Source: a virus
Lineage: Duplodnaviria > Caudoviricetes
Virus record (IMG/VR): IMGVR_UViG_3300042452_000420
Span: 1-59,546 of that record
Strand: one strand, 5' to 3'
Length of the DNA: 59,546 nt
Each line of letters opens with the position of its first letter. Position 1 is the first letter of the stretch. The notes beneath the pieces were generated by a model, which did no database searches, was not told the origin of the DNA, and saw only the letters and a program-made list of their open reading frames with translations. The translations under genes and the position numbers were made by a program. Positions 9,190 through 18,581 of this stretch are shown here, one piece after another.

Positions 9190-11309
9190 TGATGAGCGAC
9201 CTTCCGTACGGACCCTTTGGTTTTCCAAATGTGCGGGCGTGGGGCATGGCGCCCCCGCTCAACGTGCAGGACGACTTGGACGCCTCAGCAACTCCTATGG
9301 CCGTTGAGCCCGCCGTACGGCCAAAGCGGAAGAAGGCGCCTGCCACTGATCAGGGCGTGGCTGCATTCCAGGCTGTACTGGAAGACGTTGGTGGCGATTA
9401 CGCGCAGGCGATTTCTGTGTTTGCAGGCGAGTTGGCACAGGGGGGCGTTGCCCCGGAGCTGGCGCAGCAGGCTGCGATGGCCAGGGCCAAGCAGCATCAA
9501 AGCCTCTCTCGCGATCCTGGGATTTTCTTTGAGGAGATGGGCACTCCGCTGCCAACTACGCGACAGCCAAAGGCGCCCCAAGTCGGAGCCAGCCAGCCTG
9601 TTCCGTTTGGCGCCATGCCAGATGCTGACCCTCGCACCACGCGCGCGGAACGTCTGGCTGGCGTAGATGCCACTGCCGCTAAGTGGGACCGCCAGAAGGC
9701 GGCGTACGACCGAGCCACGGGCCTTGGCGCGCCTGACGCCGTTGAGGACTTCGTTCCGCCCGCGGCCGGTGGCAATCGGCTGCCTGCTCGCAGCGGTCCA
9801 TATGATCTTGCCGGGCGCCCCGGATACGACCGCACATTCACTCCGCAGGAACTGGCGGCGCAGCGTGGCGACGATGAGTCTCCTGCTCCAGCGAGCTTCA
9901 CTCTCCCGGGCCCCCGCACACTGGATGGAAAGCCAGTGCGTCCTCCGCGCGCGCTTGCTACACAAGAAGACGCCGCTCGCTACAAGGAGCGGGGAACGGA
10001 TCCGGAGACTGGTCGCCGGACGAAGTCTCAGTACGACCTAGACATGGAGGCGCGTGGCTACACGGCCGTCATGGAGCCGGACGGTTCCGTAAGCTATCGC
10101 ACGACTTACGCCCCGGCCACTGATGAGCCGACCGGCTTGGGTGCCATTGGGCGCGCCGGCCGGCGTGTGGATTTGGAGAAGTCCAAAGTCCCCGGCACGG
10201 AAGACAGTCGATATGAGCCCCGTCCGATGATGACCCCCACGGGAGAGATGGTCCAGGTCTGGGTTCCAACCGATGCCGGGGACGCCTACACGGCCCAGCA
10301 AGCCGAGCAACGCACCAAAAACCGTTTGGCTGACCGGGCGGGGCTTGGTGCCGAGGCCGAAGGCATGACCGCAGACGAACTGCGATCCGCTGTTCGGGCC
10401 AAGCGCACATCCGAAAAGCAGGATCGGGAATCTGCTTGGCGAGCGCAGATGATGCTTGGCGGTGGAAGGCCGACCGGCGGGCCCATGGGAACCAAGGCCG
10501 CGGCGGCCGCGTTCAGCCGGCTCACACCGGAACAGCAGCAAGAGGTCATTAAGAACCGCATGCTGTACGGAGAACGCAACGGCCAGCGTGGTGACGAGTG
10601 GGACCGCCGCCTGGATCTCATGCGCATTGAAAACGAAGCCCGGTTTAAGGAGGCCGAAGCGGCACGCTCCGAAGCCCGCGACGAGCGCGAAAAGGACCGC
10701 ACGCTGACTCGCGAGGAACGGCAGGCCGCACGCGAGGCCGATGAGCGTCGATTTGCCGAAGAGCGCGCCACTCGCGAGCTGGAGTGGAGGGAGCGCTCTA
10801 AGCAATTTGATTTGCAGCAGTTAGAGGGGCAGCGGAGATTTGAGCAGCAAAACACTGGCCTTGCCGCACAGCTTGCGCAGATTCAAAACCAAGGCGAAGT
10901 GTCTCGCGGAGAACTGGAGCTTGCGCGTGGCAAGCAGGACGCTGCGCTGACGGCCGCGGAAAATGCGCAGCGGCTTGCAGAGCAGTCTCGCAGGGAGCAG
11001 GAGGCGGTTGGCATGTATGGCCCTGGCGCCGTCCATATCCTCCGCGGCAATCTCCAGCATCCCAGTGCCCAAGCCGCGTTCCGCGGCATGGCCGCGCGCG
11101 CCGACCAGACTTGGAACGGCTTCTTTACAGAAGACGCCGCAAGGCTGGACGCTATGCTCGTTAGCCTTGGCATCACTGATCCGGACCGTCGCCGCGCGAT
11201 TGTGCAGGAGTACGGCATCAATAGCGACTTTCCCGGTCAGCAGGGTCGCGGCTCTGTCCTTTCTGCGTGGCGTGTTTCGCATCCCGACTACGCATCCGTG
11301 CCGCAGTAA
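9189..11309 (+). CDS. Putative internal virion/ejection protein with coiled coil
   Basis: 706 aa; R/E-rich coiled-coil region; TAATG overlaps at both ends. Confidence 0.7.
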   Translation: MMSDLPYGPFGFPNVRAWGMAPPLNVQDDLDASATPMAVEPAVRPKRKKAPATDQGVAAFQAVLEDVGGDYAQAISVFAGELAQGGVAPELAQQAAMARAKQHQSLSRDPGIFFEEMGTPLPTTRQPKAPQVGASQPVPFGAMPDADPRTTRAERLAGVDATAAKWDRQKAAYDRATGLGAPDAVEDFVPPAAGGNRLPARSGPYDLAGRPGYDRTFTPQELAAQRGDDESPAPASFTLPGPRTLDGKPVRPPRALATQEDAARYKERGTDPETGRRTKSQYDLDMEARGYTAVMEPDGSVSYRTTYAPATDEPTGLGAIGRAGRRVDLEKSKVPGTEDSRYEPRPMMTPTGEMVQVWVPTDAGDAYTAQQAEQRTKNRLADRAGLGAEAEGMTADELRSAVRAKRTSEKQDRESAWRAQMMLGGGRPTGGPMGTKAAAAAFSRLTPEQQQEVIKNRMLYGERNGQRGDEWDRRLDLMRIENEARFKEAEAARSEARDEREKDRTLTREERQAAREADERRFAEERATRELEWRERSKQFDLQQLEGQRRFEQQNTGLAAQLAQIQNQGEVSRGELELARGKQDAALTAAENAQRLAEQSRREQEAVGMYGPGAVHILRGNLQHPSAQAAFRGMAARADQTWNGFFTEDAARLDAMLVSLGITDPDRRRAIVQEYGINSDFPGQQGRGSVLSAWRVSHPDYASVPQ

Positions 11310-14300
11310 TGGCCATTCGATCCCCGCTGTTCGACATCTACGATCCGTACGGGATTCTTGGCGAACAGGCTCGGCTGACGCCGGACTATGACGAAGATAC
11401 GGGCCTGCTGACGCCCGGCCGCGCTACCATCTCCGACCTCATGCCAGAGGAGGAGAAGCGTGGGATGCTCCGCTCGCTTGCGGACTACGGGACCAGCGGG
11501 CTGTCAGGGCTGGGGTATATCTTGGATACCCCGGGTGCGCTGGCGCGAGGTATCCTGGCAGGCAAACCACTGTCTGTGTTTGGCTCTAGCGAAGAGCGCG
11601 TGTCCGGCAGAGACTTGGCGCGCCAATATGGCTTGGCCGGAGACGAGGATGGCTGGCTCAATTTTGCGGGTGGCCTGGGCGTTGAAGTCCTCACTGACCC
11701 TCTGACGTACCTGAATCCGCTTTCCATTCTTGGCCGAGGTGCTTACGGCGCTGCCGGGAGAGCGGCACAGCGTGCCGGGCTTTTGGAGAACGCTTCTCTG
11801 CTGGCGCGCAAACGGGGCATGGCAACCAATCGCGACATGGGAATCCGCGAGTTTGGTGCGTCGATGACTCCGCGGACACTCATTGCCGAATCGGAGTTCC
11901 CCGATGCTCTTCAACGCTTTTCGCAGGCCGCGCGTGGCCGCGGTTTAAATCCAGACGACTTGCTGGACCAGCCGCTGGCGGGCTTGGCGGAAGCGCGAAT
12001 TCCGGGATTTGAGAGCGGTGTTCTCTTGGGGTCCGACGCCGCGCGGGTTGTAGGCCGGCAGCTAGATCGCTTCGGGGAGGGTCTGAAGCGCAATCCGTAC
12101 ACGGCGCCTGTTGTCAATCGCCTGACGCGGGCATTCGACCCTACCGTGTTGGAGCGCTTGGATCCCGACGACCAGTGGCGGGCGCGGCAGGCATTTGCTG
12201 ACTCCAGGGCCAACGAACGGAATTTGCGCGAGAGTGCAGCTTGGCAGTGGCAGCAGGCTACTGCCGCCCAGCCAGACGGGGCGCTGTCGTTTGCCAGCCC
12301 GCGTGTCCAGAACGCGATCCGCGACACCATCGAAGCGCAGCTAGACCCAGCCCGCATGGCCAATCTCGTGGACCAGGATGCTGTGCGGCTGATCGATGCT
12401 GTGCCCGCCTGGAGCGACTACCGTTCTTGGTTGCGAGATCAGTTGTCGGAAGCACAAACCCGCCGCGCTGGCTTGGGCCTGCAAACTCCAAATGCAGCAA
12501 GCGCCTACGACACCGGGTACTTCCCAAGTCAGGTTGTGCGTTTTGCTACGGATCAATCCGCTCCGCTCCCGCCCGGGAAACTTGGCCGCGTGGAGTCGGC
12601 GTACGACCGCGGCCAGCGCGTGTATTCGGTCAGCGATCTAGTGGGCCGGTCGCGTAATCCCTACCTGGATTTGGACCGCCGATCTGAAACGCTGCGACGG
12701 TTGATGGCCGGCGATGCTGGCGCCGCATTGCGCGACCGGCTGTACGGCGCCAGCGACGAACAGATACCCGGCATCATTGACGACGCATTTAATGCCCTGC
12801 GCACAGAGGATGTTTATCGCCTGCGCAGCATGCCCGTGGAATTGCCGTACGAACGGGTGGCCGACCGCGAAGGCAACACCATTGAATCGATTCGGGAATA
12901 CCTCTCGGACCCGACGCTCACGGCGGCCGACCGCAAATCCGGGCAGGGGAAGCTAGACCGTCTAGTGGCCACGGCCAGTCAGATGAAGGTCCAGCTTGGA
13001 GATTTACTCCGCACCGCAGATCGCCAGTTTGCTTCCGCCGATTTGGGGTTGTTCGACAACTCCACGCTGAATGATCTGATGCGCTACGGAGTTGGCGGCG
13101 GCCGAAGCGAGGCCAACGCCAACGTCATTCTGGATACGTTTACTCGCACTGCCTCTGACATCCCCGCAGAACAAATGACGGGCGGCGGGGCGCTCAATCT
13201 GCTGAAGGCTGCGGAAGGTCTGGGTTTCAATAGGGCCCGCCTACAGGAAGTTCTGGAAGCCCGCCTGCCGGGCCGGAGCGTGGAAGACCTGTCCATTCCG
13301 GAAACAGTCCTCAAAGACCTCCAAGCAATTTCTCCGTTGCCCAAATCGGACCCGACATCGCTCCTGGGAAATGCGTATCGCTCGTTCACCAACGCCTTTA
13401 AGATCGGCGCACTCGCCAACCCGGCGTACCACACACGCAACCTGTATTCCGGCTACCTGGCTAGCTTAATGAGCGGCGGGGCGAATCCCGTTAGCCTTGG
13501 CCGATCCGTGCGTGCCGGTGTCGATGTCGGCGCTGGCAATTACGAACGGATGTATCAACGGCTGAAAGACGCCCCTCGCTATCAGCACATCAGCGACAAG
13601 GACGAATTAATCCAGACGGCGCTCGCTGACATGGCCCGCGGCAAACTGGGCGGCGGCCTGATCGAAGAGGGCGCGACCGATACGCGGAACATCGTTCCAG
13701 GAATGGACACGCAGGATCCGGTCCTGTATGGGCAGGGCGCCATCTATGATCCCAAGCGGACATGGGGTGACTGGCTGTCTGGTTTGGGAACGGTGCGCGG
13801 AGTGGATTTTGCCGGAGCCGCTTCTGGCAGACAGGCTCCAGCGGAAACGCTGAACCCGTTCCTGCGCCTGCACGAGCGCGCTGGCCGGAGAGTTGAGGAC
13901 GCGAACCGCATCGGCAACTGGATTGAAATGGTTCGGAAGGGCGCACACCCCGACGCAGCAGCCGAGAGCGTGTTGCGCTCGCAAGTGGATTATTCTCCGC
14001 AGGCGTACACCAACTTTGAGAGGAAATTGAAGGCGGCAATCCCCTTTTATTCATACCCCCGTGGCATCGCCCCCCTGGTGGCGGAAAACATCCTGTATCG
14101 CCCCGGCGGACTACAGGGTCAAACGATGCGTGCCATCAATCGCGCGTCGGAACAGACCGAGGATTCGTTCCTGCCGGAGTACCTGCGGCAGAGTGCCTCC
14201 ATCCCGATCCCCGGAGCGCCGGCCGAAAACCTTCAGCGCGTCCTGACCAACATCGATCTGCCCTATCAGTCCCTGATCGACCTTGTGTCGCCGGGAGTGG

Positions 14301-14881
14301 GTAATACGTTCTCACAGCGAGCGTACGATACGGCCAGACGGACAGGCATGAATCTTCTGGGGCAGCTTAACCCCGTCATCAAAGCCCCGCTGGAGATGAT
14401 CCTGAACCGCCAGTTGTATACCGGCCGGGAACTGTCCGATCTGTACTCCGTGCTGGAGCAGGACATCGGTCCTATCGGCCGACCGCTGGAGCAACTGGCA
14501 GTCAACTTTGTACCGGGCGGCGCCAAGCTCAACGCAATCTACCGCACACTGCGGGACTCCAGGCTTTCTCCATCCGACCGCGCGATGAAGCTGTTTATCA
14601 ACAACACCCTCGGCGGCAAGGTCACCGATTACGACATTAGGAAGAGCCAAGACAAGGCCGCGCGCGAGACACTGAACCAGTTACTGCAGACGACCCCGGG
14701 CGTTCGCACGTACGAAAACCTGACTGTGCCCGAGGATGTGTTGCGGTCCATGCCCAGAGAACAGCAGCAGCAATATCTGCTGTACAAGGTCATCCAGGCC
14801 GAAGCCGCCAAGCGTGGCCGTGATCGCAAGCGGCGTGAAGCGGCCATCGATCCGCTCCAAGTACTGGGCCTCATCCAGTAG
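11309..14881 (+). CDS. Large DNA ejection protein
   Basis: About 1190 aa; DPLTYL, YHTRN, VDYS..TNFERK..IPFY and PEYL motifs typical of large podovirus ejection proteins; TAATG coupling. Confidence 0.7.
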   Translation: MAIRSPLFDIYDPYGILGEQARLTPDYDEDTGLLTPGRATISDLMPEEEKRGMLRSLADYGTSGLSGLGYILDTPGALARGILAGKPLSVFGSSEERVSGRDLARQYGLAGDEDGWLNFAGGLGVEVLTDPLTYLNPLSILGRGAYGAAGRAAQRAGLLENASLLARKRGMATNRDMGIREFGASMTPRTLIAESEFPDALQRFSQAARGRGLNPDDLLDQPLAGLAEARIPGFESGVLLGSDAARVVGRQLDRFGEGLKRNPYTAPVVNRLTRAFDPTVLERLDPDDQWRARQAFADSRANERNLRESAAWQWQQATAAQPDGALSFASPRVQNAIRDTIEAQLDPARMANLVDQDAVRLIDAVPAWSDYRSWLRDQLSEAQTRRAGLGLQTPNAASAYDTGYFPSQVVRFATDQSAPLPPGKLGRVESAYDRGQRVYSVSDLVGRSRNPYLDLDRRSETLRRLMAGDAGAALRDRLYGASDEQIPGIIDDAFNALRTEDVYRLRSMPVELPYERVADREGNTIESIREYLSDPTLTAADRKSGQGKLDRLVATASQMKVQLGDLLRTADRQFASADLGLFDNSTLNDLMRYGVGGGRSEANANVILDTFTRTASDIPAEQMTGGGALNLLKAAEGLGFNRARLQEVLEARLPGRSVEDLSIPETVLKDLQAISPLPKSDPTSLLGNAYRSFTNAFKIGALANPAYHTRNLYSGYLASLMSGGANPVSLGRSVRAGVDVGAGNYERMYQRLKDAPRYQHISDKDELIQTALADMARGKLGGGLIEEGATDTRNIVPGMDTQDPVLYGQGAIYDPKRTWGDWLSGLGTVRGVDFAGAASGRQAPAETLNPFLRLHERAGRRVEDANRIGNWIEMVRKGAHPDAAAESVLRSQVDYSPQAYTNFERKLKAAIPFYSYPRGIAPLVAENILYRPGGLQGQTMRAINRASEQTEDSFLPEYLRQSASIPIPGAPAENLQRVLTNIDLPYQSLIDLVSPGVGNTFSQRAYDTARRTGMNLLGQLNPVIKAPLEMILNRQLYTGRELSDLYSVLEQDIGPIGRPLEQLAVNFVPGGAKLNAIYRTLRDSRLSPSDRAMKLFINNTLGGKVTDYDIRKSQDKAARETLNQLLQTTPGVRTYENLTVPEDVLRSMPREQQQQYLLYKVIQAEAAKRGRDRKRREAAIDPLQVLGLIQ

Positions 14882-15707
14882 TCAACAAAGTTTCCTGGAT
14901 GGACGGGACGGCTGGCCCCTCGTCTTTCAGCTCTGCTAGCAAGAGCCTATCGACATAGCGCTTCTTCATAGAAGGATCGCGATGACCAAGGTACTTGCTG
15001 GCGTCTTTTCCACCGGCCTCACAGTAGGTCGCTCCGCTGCGCCGCAGCCAGCGCGTAGTACCTGTCTGTTCGGAGCGGTTGACAAGTTTCCGCATCGCGT
15101 GTAAAATGCGATCCTTGTTCGTCAGGGATCCAAAGATTTTGGGGCCCAGACGAGGCAAGCGGCCGAGTGCTGACAAGGCAGCATCATCCAGCCAAGCCAC
15201 TAACGGCTCGCTGGTTTTCGACTGACTGAGGAGGAGACGATGACCACGGATTTGGTCGTAGCGGATCGACAGGATGTCGGAGGTTCTCAGGCCAGTACTG
15301 TAGGCCGTGAGGATCCACGCCGGCAGCAAGATGCTGTAGGCGCAGGTGCGTGTTCCGCCCTGCATCTCTCTTGCGGTTCTCACCCAGCGCGCGATTGCGT
15401 TGTGATCCAAGGCCACCGGACAGGGGGCGGGCACTTTGACGCGGCGGAGCGGGCGGAGTATACTCTTGTCCACATGGCCCTCCTGCGCCGCGAAACGCAT
15501 GAGCGAGCCAAGCATTCTCCGGTGGTTGTGGACGGTGGAGGGAGCGAGATGGGCCAGGGCATCGTTAAGGTAGGCGTCGATCTTGTCCGGCGTGAGGTCG
15601 GAGGCGTTCCAAGGGAGCCGGCGCACCAAAACAAGAAGCTGGGTGAGGTAGCCAGGGCTACCGCCGACGCGGGTGTGGTACGCGGTGGCAAGCGCGATGA
15701 GGCTCAT
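14871..15707 (-). CDS. int: Tyrosine recombinase / integrase
   Basis: STGLRTSD (Arg), SKT (Lys), RWLRRS (HxLR box, His replaced), LGH, KRY (Tyr); N-terminal LAPSTVHN core-binding region. Confidence 0.85.
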   Translation of the reverse strand: MSLIALATAYHTRVGGSPGYLTQLLVLVRRLPWNASDLTPDKIDAYLNDALAHLAPSTVHNHRRMLGSLMRFAAQEGHVDKSILRPLRRVKVPAPCPVALDHNAIARWVRTAREMQGGTRTCAYSILLPAWILTAYSTGLRTSDILSIRYDQIRGHRLLLSQSKTSEPLVAWLDDAALSALGRLPRLGPKIFGSLTNKDRILHAMRKLVNRSEQTGTTRWLRRSGATYCEAGGKDASKYLGHRDPSMKKRYVDRLLLAELKDEGPAVPSIQETLLTTG

Positions 15708-15719
15708 GGTGAGTACTCA

Positions 15720-15995
15720 ATGGAGGGGGCAACGTACCCACAATTAATCGCGCATCGTACCCCCCCAGACAATCGCTATAACCGGACCCCATGGGCAGCT
15801 AGCTCAGTTGAATATCTGCCCTTGGGCTGGTCGATCCTGAGAATTACGTGGGTTGCGCTTCTCGCGACCTTCATCTTCTTGCGTTGGTCTGGCTTTGCCA
15901 TGACCGCGCTTTTGCTTGGACAGTTTGCGCAGGCCGCGGTGGAGTACCGGCGCGTCTACGGAAGGAAGCGCGCCCCAAGGAGGGGGTCGGCCTGA
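15720..15995 (+). CDS. Possible small membrane protein spanning the attP candidate
   Basis: Hydrophobic stretches in the C-terminal half; start uncertain. Confidence 0.35.
   Translation: MEGATYPQLIAHRTPPDNRYNRTPWAASSVEYLPLGWSILRITWVALLATFIFLRWSGFAMTALLLGQFAQAAVEYRRVYGRKRAPRRGSA
15793..15810 (+). other. tRNA 5'-end-like fragment, candidate attP core
   Basis: GGGCAGC-TA-GCTC-AGTTG fits acceptor strand, U8-A9, D-stem and D-loop start, then diverges; 86 bp upstream of integrase start. Confidence 0.55.
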
Positions 15996-16046
15996 TTTTC
16001 CCGTTCTCGTTTCTGAGGGTTCGTTTCATTCGCAGGAGGTGTACAT

Positions 16047-16895
16047 ATGAGCAGTAAGGCTAGGAAAGTGGTGGGGATGAGTCACAGCGAATACCTCGCT
16101 GAAAAAGATCACGACACCCGGTCGCTCCTTGTTTCGGTGATGCGTTTCGGTGGGGCTGCCCAGCACTGGATTGACCAGGGGCACAGCATGTTCGGCGGCA
16201 ACAGTGCCACCAAGCTGGGTACCAAATTTGATACCGCGATCATGGCCATCGCCTCCGGAAAGATCGTGGAGGAGGTCATCGTCACGCCGCCGGCCGCGGT
16301 GCTGGATGCCGCCGGACGCAGATCGGGCGGGAAGTACAAGGCGTGGTCAGGGACGCTCGCTTCTTGGCAGATCGAATGCAACGAGGAAGAGGCGTTCGTT
16401 CTGCGGACGATGGTTGAGCACACGCTGGACAACCCAGCCGCCCGCGCGTTGATTGACAACACCACCGAAACGCAACTGTCGGTGTTCGGTGAGATCAATG
16501 GCCATCCCGTGAAGTGCCGGCCGGACGGCTGCACTGCGGACCTCTGGTGGGATTTGAAGTCTACCAGCGCCCAGTGGGATCGGCTGTACGCGAGCGTGAT
16601 GGACTACGGCTACGGCGAACAAGAGTGGTTGTACCGAGAGTTGGCCATGCAAGTCGGATGGCCGCACTTCCGGATGCCATTCATCTTCACGCAGACCATG
16701 GCGCCGTACGCCTGCCATGTGTTCTATCTGCCGGTTGATTGGGTGGAGGAGGCGGGGCAGCGGTTGCTCCGCGTCATGGAGGAGGTTCGCCTGCGGCGTT
16801 CGACGGGGGACTACTTCCCTGTCGATCACGGCGAGATCACGGAACTGACCATCCCGCAGTGGGCGGTTCGCAAGTCAGAGGAGGTGGTGGCATGA
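16047..16895 (+). CDS. RecE-like PD-(D/E)XK exonuclease (DUF3799-like)
   Basis: KCRPDG...WDLKST...YGYGEQ motifs; GGAGG SD; next to an annealing protein. Confidence 0.85.
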   Translation: MSSKARKVVGMSHSEYLAEKDHDTRSLLVSVMRFGGAAQHWIDQGHSMFGGNSATKLGTKFDTAIMAIASGKIVEEVIVTPPAAVLDAAGRRSGGKYKAWSGTLASWQIECNEEEAFVLRTMVEHTLDNPAARALIDNTTETQLSVFGEINGHPVKCRPDGCTADLWWDLKSTSAQWDRLYASVMDYGYGEQEWLYRELAMQVGWPHFRMPFIFTQTMAPYACHVFYLPVDWVEEAGQRLLRVMEEVRLRRSTGDYFPVDHGEITELTIPQWAVRKSEEVVA

Positions 16896-17599
16896 ACTAC
16901 GGAAACGGCATCGGTCCTAGCAGTAGCCCTGAACTGAAGCAGCACACGGCCGCGCTGTGCAGGGCTCAGAAGAAGTTCAAAACCATTATTAAGAACGCGG
17001 ACAACCCTGCGTTCCGCAGCAAGTACGCGACGTTTGAGGGGGCGTGCGAAACGCTACTGCCTCCGCTCACGGAAGAGGGATTTGCCCTGCCGAAGTACCA
17101 GCCCGGCTGGTTTGGGCCAGAGATGGGCTGGTGCTGCTTGGGCGTTCTACAGCATGAGAGCGGCGAGTTTATTACCGCCCTTCTCCCGCTGCTGAATCTG
17201 CCACAGGAGAGGAAGGATTTCAAAACCGGCGAGATCAAAGTCCTCCCGCCCAACATGCAGGGGCTTGGCGGCGCGCTGACTTATGCGAAGCGTCAGCTAC
17301 TGCTAGCTCTGACCGGGGCGTGGGTTGGCGAAGAAGACTTTGATGGCAACGACACCTCCGGTGATCGCGAGGCCCGGAAGCCTGTCGAAGTCCGGCCTGC
17401 CCAGACGGCGACGAAGTCGATGGAGATCGAAGCGGCGGCGACCAAGGAGTTGGACGCAACCAAGACGGTCGATGAGGCACAGAAGGTTCTGGATCGCGTG
17501 AAGCTGCGTGTCAGCCAGAAGGTTTGCGATGCAAAGGTTCTGCAGCGTTTGCAGGCCAAGTTCGATGGCAAGTTCTCAAAGGAGGCTACCAATGCCTAG
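16892..17599 (+). CDS. erf: ERF-family single-strand annealing protein
   Basis: NPAFRSKYA, HESGE, QGLGGALTYAKR, EEDFDGN. Confidence 0.88.
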   Translation: MNYGNGIGPSSSPELKQHTAALCRAQKKFKTIIKNADNPAFRSKYATFEGACETLLPPLTEEGFALPKYQPGWFGPEMGWCCLGVLQHESGEFITALLPLLNLPQERKDFKTGEIKVLPPNMQGLGGALTYAKRQLLLALTGAWVGEEDFDGNDTSGDREARKPVEVRPAQTATKSMEIEAAATKELDATKTVDEAQKVLDRVKLRVSQKVCDAKVLQRLQAKFDGKFSKEATNA

Positions 17600-17930
17600 T
17601 TTCAATTCCTGCACGTTCGTCGGCAATCTCACCAGGGATGCTGAGACGAAGATCGTTGGTGAGACGGAGGTCGCTGCGTTTGGCGTGGCGATCAATGGCA
17701 AGAGCGAAGGCGATGTCATGTACATCGACTGCGACTTGTGGCGTCCCGGCCGTGTCACGGAGTTCCTCACTCGCGGCACTCCTGTCCTGGTGTCTGGCCC
17801 GCTGAAGGTCAGGCAGTGGGAGAAGGACGGCCAAACGAAGTTCCGCCTGCAACTGGATTGCAAGACGGTGCAGTTGCTGGGTGGCAAACGACGCCCCGAG
17901 CCCGCCGACGAAGCCGAAATGGCTTTCTAG
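17592..17930 (+). CDS. ssb: Single-stranded DNA-binding protein
   Basis: FNSCTFVGNLTRDAE, GTPVLVSG.L..RQWEKDG, acidic tail ending in F. Confidence 0.92.
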   Translation: MPSFNSCTFVGNLTRDAETKIVGETEVAAFGVAINGKSEGDVMYIDCDLWRPGRVTEFLTRGTPVLVSGPLKVRQWEKDGQTKFRLQLDCKTVQLLGGKRRPEPADEAEMAF

Positions 17931-17941
17931 GAACGGCGCTC

Positions 17942-17985
17942 CCCCGGGGCGAGGCCCCCCTCCTCCTCGCCCCGGGGTTTCTTTC
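17942..17985 (+). terminator. Intrinsic terminator
   Basis: 13-bp stem CCCCGGGGCGAGG/CCTCGCCCCGGGG followed by TTTCTTTC. Confidence 0.75.
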
Positions 17986-17996
17986 ACAGGTGCAAC

Positions 17997-18581
17997 ATGG
18001 ACGCACGCGACTACCAACAGTTCGTCATTGAAGAGAACCTGAAGGCCATGGACGAAGGCGTGACGGCCACGCTCAACGGCCTGTTCACGGGCGCAGGCAA
18101 GACGGTGATCTTTTGCCTGCTCGCCGCACGGATCGCGGGCCGGACGCTCATCATCTGCCCACTCCGTGAACTGGTCTGGCAGACCATCGACAAGGTTCAA
18201 CAGGTCACCAATCTCTATCCCGAGATTGAGATGGCCGACTACCACGCGGACGAGGACTACGCCGCCAAGGTAATCGTCGCGAGCAAGCAGACGCTGCTTA
18301 GTCGGCGTGGCGGAGAACCGCGCTACAAGCGCTTCCGCGATTTCCAATTGGTGATCGTTGACGAGGCGCACCTGATGACCAGCGCGCCGGTGGTGCAGAT
18401 GTTGCGCTACTTCCAGCACGACGGAGCAATGATCGCTGGGTTTACTGCGACACCATTCCGCATGGACGGACGGGCATTGATGAGGAGGAATCCATGGAAT
18501 TCTACGAACGACAAGTCTGCAACTACGACATCCAGTGGGCCATCGCACACGGATGGGCCGTCCCTCCGCTCTGCAAGATAG
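17997..18581 (+). CDS. SF2 (DEAH) helicase, N-terminal ATPase domain
   Basis: TGAGKT, VIVDEAH, GFTATPFRMD. Confidence 0.85.
   Translation: MDARDYQQFVIEENLKAMDEGVTATLNGLFTGAGKTVIFCLLAARIAGRTLIICPLRELVWQTIDKVQQVTNLYPEIEMADYHADEDYAAKVIVASKQTLLSRRGGEPRYKRFRDFQLVIVDEAHLMTSAPVVQMLRYFQHDGAMIAGFTATPFRMDGRALMRRNPWNSTNDKSATTTSSGPSHTDGPSLRSAR

Noticed and set aside
9189-14881. Tape measure protein or virion RNA polymerase
   Set aside because: No tail tube/sheath context and no polymerase catalytic motifs seen; ejection proteins fit better
15240-15719. N-terminal part of the 251-aa + ORF overlapping the integrase
   Set aside because: Antisense to the integrase; only the part from 15720 is plausible
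15793-15870. Complete tRNA gene
   Set aside because: Only the first 18 nt fit; no anticodon arm, T-arm or matching acceptor 3' strand at the right spacing
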